From: Strigamia acuminata
Taxonomy: Eukaryota
DNA length: 64,000 nucleotides
Direction of reading: 5' to 3'
NCBI GenBank assembly: GCA_949358305.1
Contig: OX442314.1
Span: forward strand, 28,954,001-29,018,000
Part shown: one piece after another, positions 1-10,236 of the stretch
Layout: every line of letters starts with the position of its first letter
Position numbering within the stretch: position 1 is the stretch's first letter
Program-made: the position numbers and the translations under genes
Notes under the pieces: generated by a model
What the model was told of the DNA's origin: nothing
The model's database searches: none
What the model saw: only the letters and a program-made list of their open reading frames with translations

Positions 1-1840
1 TTGTCCAGGCCGCCATAGCTTGCCGACTGTCCAAGAAGACGCCCAGGGATAGCAGCTGGGCCAGTACGTTCGTCACAGCCAAATTCAAACTGCTCCGATG
101 GCAGGGGTGAGCGCGGTCCGGATTGTCACTGAATTGCTGTGACAACGTCCGCATCTGTTCGATCGCCCAGTTGATGTGGTGAGTTTGGGCGGCGTCGGCC
201 TGTCGTATGGCCAACTCGGCAATCGCGGGGTTCTCGTATTCGGCCAGATATTCTTGTAACTCGCTGAGTGAGGGATAGGCCGCTTCACGCCGGCATCTGG
301 CGTCCATCCCCCGCTGCGCGTACCACTCGGCGTTGCGATGAGGATGGTACACTCGTGGCGTCGGGGGTGACGGTGGACGGCCCATCCCTGGTAGGTCGTC
401 GTATCTGACCCGTTTGGGAGTTGGATCTCCCACCGGAATCATCCGGGGAGGGGTCCACGTGGTCACTGCTGGGTTTGTACCCTCGAGGAGTGGCGGCCAT
501 CGCGATTGCACCTGTGGGGGCACAAGCGCGGTGGGCACAGCCGGTGTTGAGCCCGACGGCCGGTTGGCCGCGTATCCTCGGAAGGCGTTCTTCAATGCCA
601 TGGCCAGATCTTGTTTCGTGACCGGTCCATCCTTGTCCGACTCTTCTTGGGATATTTGTTCTTCCGTCAATTCTCCCAAATCAATCTCTGCCTGGAGCCT
701 GGACGGCCCAGCCGCGGATCCGAGACTTCGGGGTTCGGACCTTTTTGCGGCGGCCATCTCTCGCTCTTTCTCCAATCCTTTCGCGATCAGAGACCGCGCA
801 CGCGTCTTCTGTCGTACTTTACGCTTCCGATTCCTCCTGGTGTTGGCTGCGACGGATCTTTGTTGGACCGTCCTCTGGGGGACGTCCGTCGGGGAATCCG
901 GTCTCTGGTGTGTTGAGACGGTTCGTCGCGACGAGGATTGATCTGACGACTGTGTGGTAATCGCCATAAACAACGAGGATCTTTTCTTTCCTCGATCTTG
1001 GTGTGTCTCGGACCTCGCAGCCCAGTGGGCGGAAGATTCGACCGTTCGCTCAGCCCGCGCGTCGTCTGGCGAGGCAGGCTCGAGCGTTACTACTCGGCGA
1101 CACTCCGAGCGCACGACAACTCGAGTTCGGGAACTGGAGCTGCTCGAGCGGCTGCGGTAGTCGCGACTCGTTGACGGGCCGGCCTCTGTTGGGGAGACGG
1201 CCTGTCTTCTTCGTGCGGGTCCGCGTGGGGCGGACTCCGCCGGACGCTTCGATCTTCTGTGATGGCGGCGACTTCCCAGGATACCAGCGTGGTATAACTG
1301 CCACATCTCAGACTGCGTGGCCGTAAAATTCGCCGGTGGTATCCATCTGGGTGTCAAATGGTCTTCTTCGATGTCGCGAAGCCATCTACGGATTTCTTCG
1401 GGGGAGAAACCGTTTCTCTCGAGAACTCGGGTTACTCCGTGAGTCTCGGTGCGCTTTAAGCGTTCGATCTCGTCGTCCACTATTTTCTGGCGGGCTGCCA
1501 AGGTCGGGGCCTCGCTCCACCTGTGGGAGGTGTGCAGCTCGGCCACCGTGCCTGGGTAAGCCTCTTCCAGGTACCCGGAGTAAACGGGGCTCGGCGGATC
1601 CGCATCGGGTGGGATCCGCGGCCCCACTCGCTCCCTCATCTCCTTCGTCATGCACTCGACCAGCGTTTTCGATCGCTCGAATTTTTCCTCGAGGGTCCTG
1701 GAGTACATCAATCGGATTTTCCAGGCGCTGGTCTCTGCAGGATAGGCCTGCCGCAGGTAAATCGGCAGGGCTCCGCGAAAGATGTTGTTGGCGGTTGACA
1801 CCGTCGAAGGCAGGGCGTCCCACGATTCTAGCGGGTCGAC
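1..1840 (-). CDS. Main (last visible) exon of accessory ORF3 of element 1, >=613 codons, runs off the left edge; unknown function
   Basis: Acceptor ttattcAG at 1841-1842, then VDPLESWDALPSTVSTANNIFRGALP..WKIRLMYSR..DADPPSP..TQSEMWQLYHAG; same frame reads LLSLGVFLDSRQAMAAWT at the window edge. Colinear with element-2 ORF3. Absent from the ORF track, consistent with no in-window stop in this frame. Confidence 0.85.
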
Positions 1841-2163
1841 CTGAATAATTTTAGATCACAAGATTAATATAATAAATCCCAGTTTAACGATGGGGATCAG
1901 AAATATGCTCAAGATCGACGGTGGCAGCAACTCCTTTCTTTTGTTGCGGCCGTCGGTCTTATTTTCTTGTTTCGCAGTTCTGCGATGATCTCCGCCGTCG
2001 TAGCGCTGATCCAACACTACCTTTGAACTCAGGTGATCCGCTTTTTAGGAAGGGGTCGCAGGCAAAACCGATCGTTAAATTCTTAATATTACGTTAAACT
2101 TTTTATTTTAACTCTAATCGTATTTTAATTTATTACGATGTTTAATTTTAAAAGAAAGAAAAC

Positions 2164-2518
2164 CTTTAGTTTTGGTTTTGGTTTGCCACGACGCCATTCC
2201 GCGAACACTTCCTTTGTTCTAGTTTTTTGGCGGCCTTGACTCCGAGGTGAATCTGGGTCCACTCTCGGGTTTTTAGCCAGCCTTAAATCAATAATAAAAC
2301 AGAAAGAAATATATCAGTCACAAGTCACGCTCCAATCTGGGTTGGATGCAACAGATTCAAAGAATTATGTGATTTCTCTGGGGAAATCACACTAATTTTA
2401 CCTGCAACGGCGGTTGTTCGTCCCAATTCTCATCGTCTTCTGCATTTACGATTAGGCCGTCGCTCTCGTCTCTCGACGATGCGCTCGGCTCTAATCGTGG
2501 GTTGCGTCGATCGGCCAT
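2164..2518 (-). CDS. Predicted upstream exons of element-1 ORF3 (2518-2402; possible 8-nt microexon 2336-2329; 2281-2164)
   Basis: ATG at 2518 gives MADRRNPRLEPS...EQPPLQ then CAG|GTAAAA (phase 0). Phases 0/2/0 join in frame to the 1840 acceptor only if the microexon is used; donors GTGACT and GTTTTC are weak. Confidence 0.5.
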
Positions 2519-2898
2519 TTCAATTTAGGAAAATGAAGTTTTGTTTGAGAGGTCTTTGTCTTTCTCTTTGGGGGAGAAGCAAAAACACGTCTCGTCGTGT
2601 TAAAAACAGTCGGAAACTGGGCCTATCGACGCTGAGAATTGTGGGTCTCGAACGCGTCTCGTATTTTGCGAGATCCGCCGTGCTGGCAATGACGCTACGG
2701 GGTCGACCGCGTGGTTTCATTGTCACGTGGTCGCCCGATACGTCATAACTTCTCGTCTGTTAGTGGTGACTGCGACAATTCGTTGCGAAGTTTGGACTTA
2801 GCCAAATTTTCGCGTTTCAACATGTGCAGCAGCTCTCGTAAGTAAATCTTTTTATTTTACAAGGCCTCCGCTCCATGTTATCACATTTTCTTTTATTT

Positions 2899-5800
2899 TT
2901 AGTTCTTCCCCACGACTTTGCCGTCCCGAATGAACGGATTATTGCTTCGTCGTGGTCGAAGGTTGATTTTCGACGTGCTCGTAGATCGTGACTCTACTTG
3001 CTCGTTCATCTCCGATGTGTTGGCATTTTTCTCATTATTAATTTTTTTATTTTCCATTTCAGAAGTACATTCTTCTGCTTCCTCCCTCTCCGAAATTGCT
3101 TGCTCCGGCTGTGCTGGAGCCTCGTCGGCCGGAGATTCGGCGTCGAAGAATTCATCCTCGTCCTCCGCTATATTTTCAGCTTCATTTGTTTTTTGGAACG
3201 TGTCGACCACGGTGCCCCCTTGGCCGCTGTGTGTCTGACCTTCCAGCCAGATTTCTTGGGGAAACTCTGGCAGATATGGCCTTAAATCTCGGCCATGTAT
3301 CGACTGAAAATTTTTGTTGTCCTCTAAGCGGCGTAGTTGGTATGCGTTGCCGCCGTGTTCGGCCACAATTACATAGGGACCGTCCCTCTTGTCGGCTAAA
3401 CCTGCGGCGATGCCCCTCGCTGCATTGGACAACGTGTGTGCCTCCTTCCACACTAGATCATTCACTTTAAAGTTCGCGAAAGCGAGATCGCCTTCTTTAT
3501 CTGCGATTCTTTCTCTCATGTTGAAAATATGCGCCATCATATGCTGGTATGTGTCGGATATAGTCTGTTCCAACCGGCACACGTACTCGTGTGGGCTCGA
3601 TGGGTCTAATACGTTAACAGCTTCGGCAACGCGTGGGTCCCATGGCATCCTTAATTCGCGGGCGAAGTTGAGGTACGCCGGTGAGAATTCGCGTGTTCTT
3701 GACACGGTTGAGCGAATGCTGAAAGCGATTTCTCGCAGGTATTCGTCCCATCGATTGTGAATGTCGGTGAATACTGTCAGCGCATATTTTATATCTTTAT
3801 TTAATCTCTCGACTGGGTTTGTCTGAGGATTATATGTGGAGGTGTTCGATGCATCCATTTTAAATTTCCTACAGAAGTCCTTATATATTCTTGATCGGAA
3901 TTGGGGGCCGTTATCCGAAATGAGTTTTCTGGGAAACCCAAATCGCATTGCCACGTCGTAAAGGCACTCGACTATGTTTTCAGCCGAGGGCTTCGCGAGG
4001 GCGTACAGCTCCGGCCATCGGGTGGCCACGTCCATAATTACGAGAATATACATGTTCTTGTTTCCCGTTGTGGGCTTGGGGCCCATCAAGTCTATGCTTA
4101 AGCAGTCAAACGGTGCGTAGGGTCCGAGAGACATGGCGTTTCTGGCTACTTTATCTCGCGGTCTGCATGCTTGGCACCGGGGGCAGTGTCGGATAAATTT
4201 CGTTATCTTTTGCCGCGCGCCCGGCCAGAAGAAAAGTTGCTTTACTCGATAAAGGGTTCTCGCTATGCCGGAATGGCTGGCGAGCGGGTGTCCGTGCATC
4301 AGCCACAACAGTCGGTTGTGCAGTGATGCCGGTACGACCACTTTCACCGAGTTTCCCGCTCCACTGAGGTCATCTTGAAATGTCGGGTGGTATTTTACCA
4401 GGAGTTCATCATCTATGAGGTAGCTTGTTGCTTCTTTGACGAACTGTTTCCGGCGGTGTGGGTTTGTCATCCCTTCCGGAAATTCGCCGTTCAGCAAATA
4501 TTGTGTTATAATTTGACATTTTGTGTCTGCTGCCTGGTGTTCGACGAACTCACGTCTCGTGGGTGGAGCATATTGCGTTTTTTCTTCAATTTTTGCTGTG
4601 AAGGCGCGTAGTAGTGTTTTGTGGGTTTCTCCGGGGGGCGGAGGTTGAATTGCGGACGTTGAATCGCTCGTCCCAGCTGGCTGGTACGTTCGAGTCCAAA
4701 AACCACAAAACGTTCTATCTTCGGGCTCCATCACCGGCAGTTCGTTTGCTTTTCGTAAGCGCCATATTCTGCGTGGAGTTGGGCAGTACAAGAGGTGGGT
4801 GTCGTCCTCGCCGTCGTCGTCTGGTCCCTGGGGGTCAGAGGCTGGGGCTCTTGAGAGGGCGTCGGCCACATGATTGTACTTCCCGGGGCGGTACGTAATT
4901 GTTATATCGCACGCCATTAACTCCAGTTGCCATCTTGCGAGTCGGCCGGAAGGTTCCTTGAGCTTCATCAACCAGCTTAGTGCCTGGTGATCTGTCTGAA
5001 CCTCGAAGTTCGTGTACTCCAGATAGTCGCGAAATTTTCGAACTGCCCAAATTACGGCTAGGCATTCTAGTTCCGTTGCCGTGTAATTTTTCTCCGCGCC
5101 CTGTATTTTCCTGCTTATAAACATACAGGGTACTTCTTGCGAGATTCCGTTGTACACGTGGGTCTGCAGAAGGGCTGCACCCAGTCCGATTTTACTCGCG
5201 TCGGTGTGCAACACGAACGGTCGGTTTAGGTCCGGCAATGGCATCTTTTCGACGTCAGCCAGCATTTGCTTGATAGTGCTAAATGCGGCCTCGCACTGGA
5301 CCGTCCACTCAAACTCTTTATCCGTTCGTAAGAGATCCGTTATAGGCGCGGCCACCTCAGCCAGACCAGAGAGTAGTCGGCCGAAGAAATTGACCATGCC
5401 CATGAATCTTTGGACACCTTTTATATCTTCGGGGGCGGGGAATCCGTTTATTGCTTTGACCTTTTCGGGGTCAATCGCGATTCCCTCGACTCCTATTCGA
5501 TATCCTAGGAAGGCAAGCTCTTTTCTGCAAAACTTGCTCTTCCCTGGATGGATGTGGAGTCCCGCCTTGGCTAGGCGAGAGACCACTCTGTCGATGTGGT
5601 CTATATGCTCTTCGAATGTGTCCGACGTTATTATTATGTCGTCGAGATACGCCCACACGAAGTCGTGAAGCATATCTCCCAACACGCTTTCGATCAATTT
5701 CTGGAACGTGCTCGGGGCGTTTACAAGCCCGAACGGCATCACGTTGAACATTAATCTTCCTATCGGGGAGTAGAAAGCCGTTTTTAGTTTGTCTTCTGGT

Positions 5801-7035
5801 TTTAGCTCCACTTGCCAATACCCCTTTGACAGATCCATCGTGGTTACCCACTTGAACGGGCTCAGTTCCCGGAGGATCGAGTCTATAGACGGCATCTGAA
5901 TCGGGTCTATAACTGTTATCGCATTCAGGGGGCGATAATCAATGCATAGTCGAGGCTCCGAGCCTGGACGCATTACCAGGACGATCCGCATCGCGTATTC
6001 GCCCAGCGCTTGAGTTACTATGCCCTTGTCGAGCATGTCTTGGCACATCTGCGTCACAATGTCTCTTTTCTGGGGGTTCATCCCCTTGTAAGGCACTCGA
6101 ATCGGCTTGTCTGTGGTTAAGACTATTTCGTGGGTTGCTTCCGTCGTTCGACCAGGTGTCTTGGTCAGAATTCTTTCATGTTTTCGAAGCACTCGCCTTA
6201 GTAGCGATGCCTCGTTAACACGCAGTGCTGCCTCCTCGACCAGTGTGTCCACGACGTTACTCCTCTGTAATTCCAGAGTGAAGGCTGCGAAATCGTAATC
6301 TTGGACGAATTTTCGCAATCCTCTTCCGTATTCCTCTTTGTCCTTGGCTTCGTCCAGTAATTTTTGGGGAACTACGGGGACTGGCCGTTCTCCCTCGGGA
6401 CTTATCCAGTTCCATGAACGGGTTATCGGGTTTGGCTGAATTTTCAGTTTTGCCATGATATCCATCCCTAAGAGGAATACTTTGTCGTGGGATGGCAAGA
6501 CTATGAAGGGGTGGGACAGGTTCCCCCCCTTCCAGTCGATCATGATGCGAACTACGCCCCTCGGCTTGACGTAGCCGTTGGCGGTGAGCAATTCTACGTT
6601 CGCGTTCACTTGTGCCACCTTTTTTTCAATATCCAAGTCCTTTACTATATCTTCGGATATGAATGAACGATCTGCTCCTGAATCCAGCAGACCGAACAAT
6701 TTTTGGTTTTCGATCTCCACTGGCAGCATACACAGAGTTTCGCAATGTGCTTTCGTGACATTGCAGTGAAATACGCGTAATGTCTGGGGCTCAACCTCCA
6801 GATTGAACGGAAGGTCCGTCCAATCCATGTCGACCTCCGGTTTCGTTCTCACTTGCATACTCGTTAACGTCACTTTTTCCTCCTTCTTCGGAACGATCTG
6901 TATGCGGTCTTTGATCTGTGCCTCTGCCAAGGCATGACCTGCGGGTCCAGTGTGATATTTCTTCTTTTTAATTTCCGCGGCTGGCGCAGACGAAGCTGAA
7001 TTTATTTCGGCGACGCCTGCGCTTGGAAGTTTTTT
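2899..7035 (-). CDS. pol: Pol of element 1 (protease, reverse transcriptase, RNase H, integrase with GPY/F motif), entered by -1 frameshift
   Basis: LLDSGA, AYLDD, HTDAS, HGHPLASH..CPRC, IDLMGP/SDNG/NPVER, RDGPY; the -1 frame is open back to the slippery site. Confidence 0.96.
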   Translation of the reverse strand, partial: KKLPSAGVAEINSASSAPAAEIKKKKYHTGPAGHALAEAQIKDRIQIVPKKEEKVTLTSMQVRTKPEVDMDWTDLPFNLEVEPQTLRVFHCNVTKAHCETLCMLPVEIENQKLFGLLDSGADRSFISEDIVKDLDIEKKVAQVNANVELLTANGYVKPRGVVRIMIDWKGGNLSHPFIVLPSHDKVFLLGMDIMAKLKIQPNPITRSWNWISPEGERPVPVVPQKLLDEAKDKEEYGRGLRKFVQDYDFAAFTLELQRSNVVDTLVEEAALRVNEASLLRRVLRKHERILTKTPGRTTEATHEIVLTTDKPIRVPYKGMNPQKRDIVTQMCQDMLDKGIVTQALGEYAMRIVLVMRPGSEPRLCIDYRPLNAITVIDPIQMPSIDSILRELSPFKWVTTMDLSKGYWQVELKPEDKLKTAFYSPIGRLMFNVMPFGLVNAPSTFQKLIESVLGDMLHDFVWAYLDDIIITSDTFEEHIDHIDRVVSRLAKAGLHIHPGKSKFCRKELAFLGYRIGVEGIAIDPEKVKAINGFPAPEDIKGVQRFMGMVNFFGRLLSGLAEVAAPITDLLRTDKEFEWTVQCEAAFSTIKQMLADVEKMPLPDLNRPFVLHTDASKIGLGAALLQTHVYNGISQEVPCMFISRKIQGAEKNYTATELECLAVIWAVRKFRDYLEYTNFEVQTDHQALSWLMKLKEPSGRLARWQLELMACDITITYRPGKYNHVADALSRAPASDPQGPDDDGEDDTHLLYCPTPRRIWRLRKANELPVMEPEDRTFCGFWTRTYQPAGTSDSTSAIQPPPPGETHKTLLRAFTAKIEEKTQYAPPTRREFVEHQAADTKCQIITQYLLNGEFPEGMTNPHRRKQFVKEATSYLIDDELLVKYHPTFQDDLSGAGNSVKVVVPASLHNRLLWLMHGHPLASHSGIARTLYRVKQLFFWPGARQKITKFIRHCPRCQACRPRDKVARNAMSLGPYAPFDCLSIDLMGPKPTTGNKNMYILVIMDVATRWPELYALAKPSAENIVECLYDVAMRFGFPRKLISDNGPQFRSRIYKDFCRKFKMDASNTSTYNPQTNPVERLNKDIKYALTVFTDIHNRWDEYLREIAFSIRSTVSRTREFSPAYLNFARELRMPWDPRVAEAVNVLDPSSPHEYVCRLEQTISDTYQHMMAHIFNMRERIADKEGDLAFANFKVNDLVWKEAHTLSNAARGIAAGLADKRDGPYVIVAEHGGNAYQLRRLEDNKNFQSIHGRDLRPYLPEFPQEIWLEGQTHSGQGGTVVDTFQKTNEAENIAEDEDEFFDAESPADEAPAQPEQAISEREEAEECTSEMENKKINNEKNANTSEMNEQVESRSTSTSKINLRPRRSNNPFIRDGKVVGKN
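6984..7035 (-). promoter_or_regulatory. -1 programmed ribosomal frameshift signal (element 1)
   Basis: A_AAA_AAC (7035-7029) in gag register, 6-nt spacer, stem GCGCAGGCG/CGUCUGCGC; pol is in the -1 frame. Confidence 0.85.
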
Positions 7036-10000
7036 GCCAGATCAGTTCTTAACTCCATCATCATTTTCATCATGGTTTGCATGATGTCCTTTTCTTTGAC
7101 GGTTTTCTCACATTTATCTGAGTAGTGGCCGTATTCTCCACAGCTGTAACATTTGATGTTACTTTTATCCCCTGTGGGAGTGAATCCCGGTTTTTTCGGG
7201 ACGAAGGGCGTCGGGAATCGTCTTTTTCCTCCCAATGCTCCTCTCGCTTTTGTTGCTTGCACGTGTGCTCTGAATTGTGTGATTGCCAAGGCCCGGTGTG
7301 CATGGTGCAAATAGGGACCTTGATCGTCGCATCCCGTCGATAAGTTTTCGAGGTGCTCATTTAGGGCTTCCTCGTCGCTCGATGCTGGCTCCTCTTCTTT
7401 AGCCGTGGCGAGAGGTGTTGTCTCTTCGACTTTCTCCATCTGGGTGGAGTCCGTCGAGGTCACCTGCATCGCCGTCGCTGCCGGTGCTTTCTTTGGGGCA
7501 GCTATCGGGTTGGCTGGAAGAATACTGCCTGCTTTAGGCGTCAGCATTCGTCCGAAGGATGCTTCGGTGAGACTCATTATGCCGCTCAAATATTCACTTG
7601 GCCTCATTAATTTTTCTGAGGTCTTGTGGCGTTCGGCGCTCGTCTGCAACCGCTTCTCGTGCGCGTCAGCTTCTTCCGGGGGCAGAGTGGCGTAATACCG
7701 CTGTTCTATTTCTAACGTGTTTGTTAGAAGATAGTTACTGACATCTTGGTAATCGCCAGTGCGGGGTGCACGCATGTCTAGCAGAATTCTTTGCGAGTGG
7801 GCCGATAATCCTCCGTAAAAGATCATCGTAAAACCAGCGGGGTTTATTTCGTACGGCGCTCTTGCAAACAGGAGTTTCGCTCGGGCGTCGTAGTCGGCTA
7901 ATGTTTCTCCTGGGGCTTGCCGTAGACCACGTAATTTGTTACTGATCTCGTCTGGAGTCTCGCCGTATCGGAGATCGAAACGGACGAGAAAATCGTCCCA
8001 GGTTGGGTTTTTCAGTCCCTGATACCATTCTCGAGCTGACCCCGTGGTTAGCTCCACTAGACCGTGGGTTAGCATGTCGGCGACGGTGGCTTTTGTCGCT
8101 TTCTTGATACGCATTACTTCGTCTAGGAAGCGGTCTCCGGCCTTCCACGAACCGTCGAATCGTGTTTGTATGTAGTGTTGCCAACGGATGTTACCCGTGG
8201 CTTCGCTGCTTGGTTCGTTTCGTACGCCATATTTGCGCTTAACCCTCTCTCCGGCGCGATTATGTTCGTCGCCTGGATGGCCTAGATCTATTCCTTCTCT
8301 TCTGAAAGAGTTCAGCAGGGCTCGGCCTAGCTCAGACATCGTGTAATGTCGGCCAGATGAGTCCTGAAAGTTCCCTTCCTCCGAACGAGGGTTGGAGCTC
8401 CGGGAGGAGCGGTCTGAAGCATTCGGCCGGTTCGACCGGTGCCCATCGCTGTCTTCTTGACTCCTCCCTGTAGACGGTCGACTCGGATGGTCGTCGTCCG
8501 ACGAATCGGAGGGCTCGGAGGGATCTCCTTGGGGGTGAAACCTCGGCCCTCTCGGTGGGGTCTCTCCGCCAGCCTTCTTCTGTTTCGAGCCTCCGGATGG
8601 CGGCGGCTCCCCTCCGTCGTTGTTCTCGTAAAAAGAATGCCATCTGTTTTCCTCGCTTTCGGGGCGTTCCCGATTTTTATTTGCGTTTTTCTTTTCGAGT
8701 AACGCGTCGATGGCTGCTCCCGTCTCGGATCTTTTTGAGGGGTGACGGTCCTTTGTTTTTGGGACCGACTCGTCTCTCTTTTGAGATTTCCCCCTTTTCG
8801 CCGTTTTTGCCGGCTTTGTTGCACCTTCTCCTGTGTCGGTATCAGAGCCGCTGGGGGGTTCTGGTTTCCGTTTCAGGTTTTCTTCATTTTTCTTCCTGTC
8901 CGAGACGTCTTGTGCGTACTCTTTCTGGAACTTTTCTGTCTCCTTCTCCCAGTTTTCGGCTTCCCATCTTTTTTGCTCATCTATTATAGCTTGTTTCTTC
9001 GCTTTGTACTCTTCGGTCCATCTGACTCGATCCCACTCTTCTTTCTCTTTCAGAAACTGTTCTTTTTCTTTTCTGGCTTCCTCTTCTCTCAACCTCTCGC
9101 GATGTTGTTCTTCCCATTTCTGATGTTGTAGAATGGCCTCTTTTCGCAACATTTGTAGTTTTTCTGTTTTTCTTTGAGCTATTAGCGCTTGAAATTGGTC
9201 CTCGTACTCTTGAGCTTCTCGATGTCGCCCTTCTACTGTTGCGTTCCATTCTTTTCGAATTTTAGCTTCTCGTTCTTCCCTCATTTTTTGGACCAGTTTC
9301 TCTGTTCTCTCGGTGGTTCTTCTCTCGCGTTGCTCCCTTTCTTCCTCTTCCTTCCAGAGTTCTCGCCGCTCTGCGCTCAGCCTTCGTTGGCGACTAGTCG
9401 CTTCTTGTCTGGCTTCCTCGCGGGCCTTCTCTCTGGATTCGTGAAGTGTTCGGTTGGGGTCTGGCGCGAAACCTCCGGTGTCACTGGGCGTTACCTGGGG
9501 CATGGGCGTCTCCGCTGCTGGTCTTGCGACCGGCGTCGGGGCTTGTGCCGCACAGATAGCGTCAGTGAGTAGGGTAATCGATTCCCAGACTGACGTTCCT
9601 ACTGGAATGTCTATCATCGCTTTTAGCTGGGCAGCTTGCTGCGTCAACCGAATTAGGTGAGATACTTCGAAGGAAACAACTGCAGGACTCGCCGTAACTC
9701 GGGGGGTTATCGGGGTCCCGCCGTCGTTTTTCCGTGGGGTTTGTTTTACGGACGTCTGAGCCGTTGGTGGCGATGGGTCTGTGCCGATCGTGACCGTTAT
9801 TTTCGGAGCTTCATTCGTCTCCTCGGTCATCAATATCGATACTCGTCCTGGCGATACGTCGCGAATTTCTTCTCGATTTTCTATGGCTTCCGGATCGGTA
9901 TCTTCGAAGGGTTGCATATTCAAGGGAACCCGCTCTCGCTCTGGCCCGTCTAGGGCCGCGAGCGATGCAGCTTGCTCCTCTTTCTGCGCCTTCGCTCTCC

Positions 10001-10142
10001 TTTTATTCGCTCGGGCTTTCGCCTTTGCGGACATTTCAGGGACGGGACCATCCGATCTCAGGTGGTAGTCGGAGGTCCTTTTTCCCTTCTCGGGCATTCT
10101 CTGCTCGGTTTCAGACGTGGATTGCTCGTCTTTGTCTGACAT
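7002..10142 (-). CDS. gag: Gag of element 1 (1046 aa; E/R/K coiled-coil, disordered region, capsid-like domain, CCHC knuckle)
   Basis: AREWY..WDDFLVRFDLRYG..LRQAPGETLADY retrotransposon-gag motif; CYSCGEYGHYSDKC. Confidence 0.93.
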   Translation of the reverse strand: MSDKDEQSTSETEQRMPEKGKRTSDYHLRSDGPVPEMSAKAKARANKRRAKAQKEEQAASLAALDGPERERVPLNMQPFEDTDPEAIENREEIRDVSPGRVSILMTEETNEAPKITVTIGTDPSPPTAQTSVKQTPRKNDGGTPITPRVTASPAVVSFEVSHLIRLTQQAAQLKAMIDIPVGTSVWESITLLTDAICAAQAPTPVARPAAETPMPQVTPSDTGGFAPDPNRTLHESREKAREEARQEATSRQRRLSAERRELWKEEEEREQRERRTTERTEKLVQKMREEREAKIRKEWNATVEGRHREAQEYEDQFQALIAQRKTEKLQMLRKEAILQHQKWEEQHRERLREEEARKEKEQFLKEKEEWDRVRWTEEYKAKKQAIIDEQKRWEAENWEKETEKFQKEYAQDVSDRKKNEENLKRKPEPPSGSDTDTGEGATKPAKTAKRGKSQKRDESVPKTKDRHPSKRSETGAAIDALLEKKNANKNRERPESEENRWHSFYENNDGGEPPPSGGSKQKKAGGETPPRGPRFHPQGDPSEPSDSSDDDHPSRPSTGRSQEDSDGHRSNRPNASDRSSRSSNPRSEEGNFQDSSGRHYTMSELGRALLNSFRREGIDLGHPGDEHNRAGERVKRKYGVRNEPSSEATGNIRWQHYIQTRFDGSWKAGDRFLDEVMRIKKATKATVADMLTHGLVELTTGSAREWYQGLKNPTWDDFLVRFDLRYGETPDEISNKLRGLRQAPGETLADYDARAKLLFARAPYEINPAGFTMIFYGGLSAHSQRILLDMRAPRTGDYQDVSNYLLTNTLEIEQRYYATLPPEEADAHEKRLQTSAERHKTSEKLMRPSEYLSGIMSLTEASFGRMLTPKAGSILPANPIAAPKKAPAATAMQVTSTDSTQMEKVEETTPLATAKEEEPASSDEEALNEHLENLSTGCDDQGPYLHHAHRALAITQFRAHVQATKARGALGGKRRFPTPFVPKKPGFTPTGDKSNIKCYSCGEYGHYSDKCEKTVKEKDIMQTMMKMMMELRTDLAKNFQAQASPK

Positions 10143-10216
10143 TTTCTTTCGGTAATTCTACGATTTGGGTTATCTTATTGAGAGATCACAAGTTCAGATT
10201 TGAGATTTATTTCTAA

Positions 10217-10234
10217 ATCCCGGCCAGGCCCCCA
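10217..10234 (-). promoter_or_regulatory. Primer-binding site, tRNA-Pro type (element 1)
   Basis: TGGGGGCCTGGCCGGGAT, 2 nt (CG) after the LTR; resembles canonical tRNA-Pro PBS TGGGGGCTCGTCCGGGAT. Confidence 0.85.
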
Positions 10235-10236
10235 CG

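Noticed and set aside
85..1848. Many short overlapping ORFs listed at the left edge
   Set aside because: Shadow frames of the GC-rich ORF3 exon, which lies in a frame the track did not report
1900..2085. Additional ORF3 exon in element 1
   Set aside because: All three frames hit stops and no donor/acceptor pair of compatible phase was found; treated as intron
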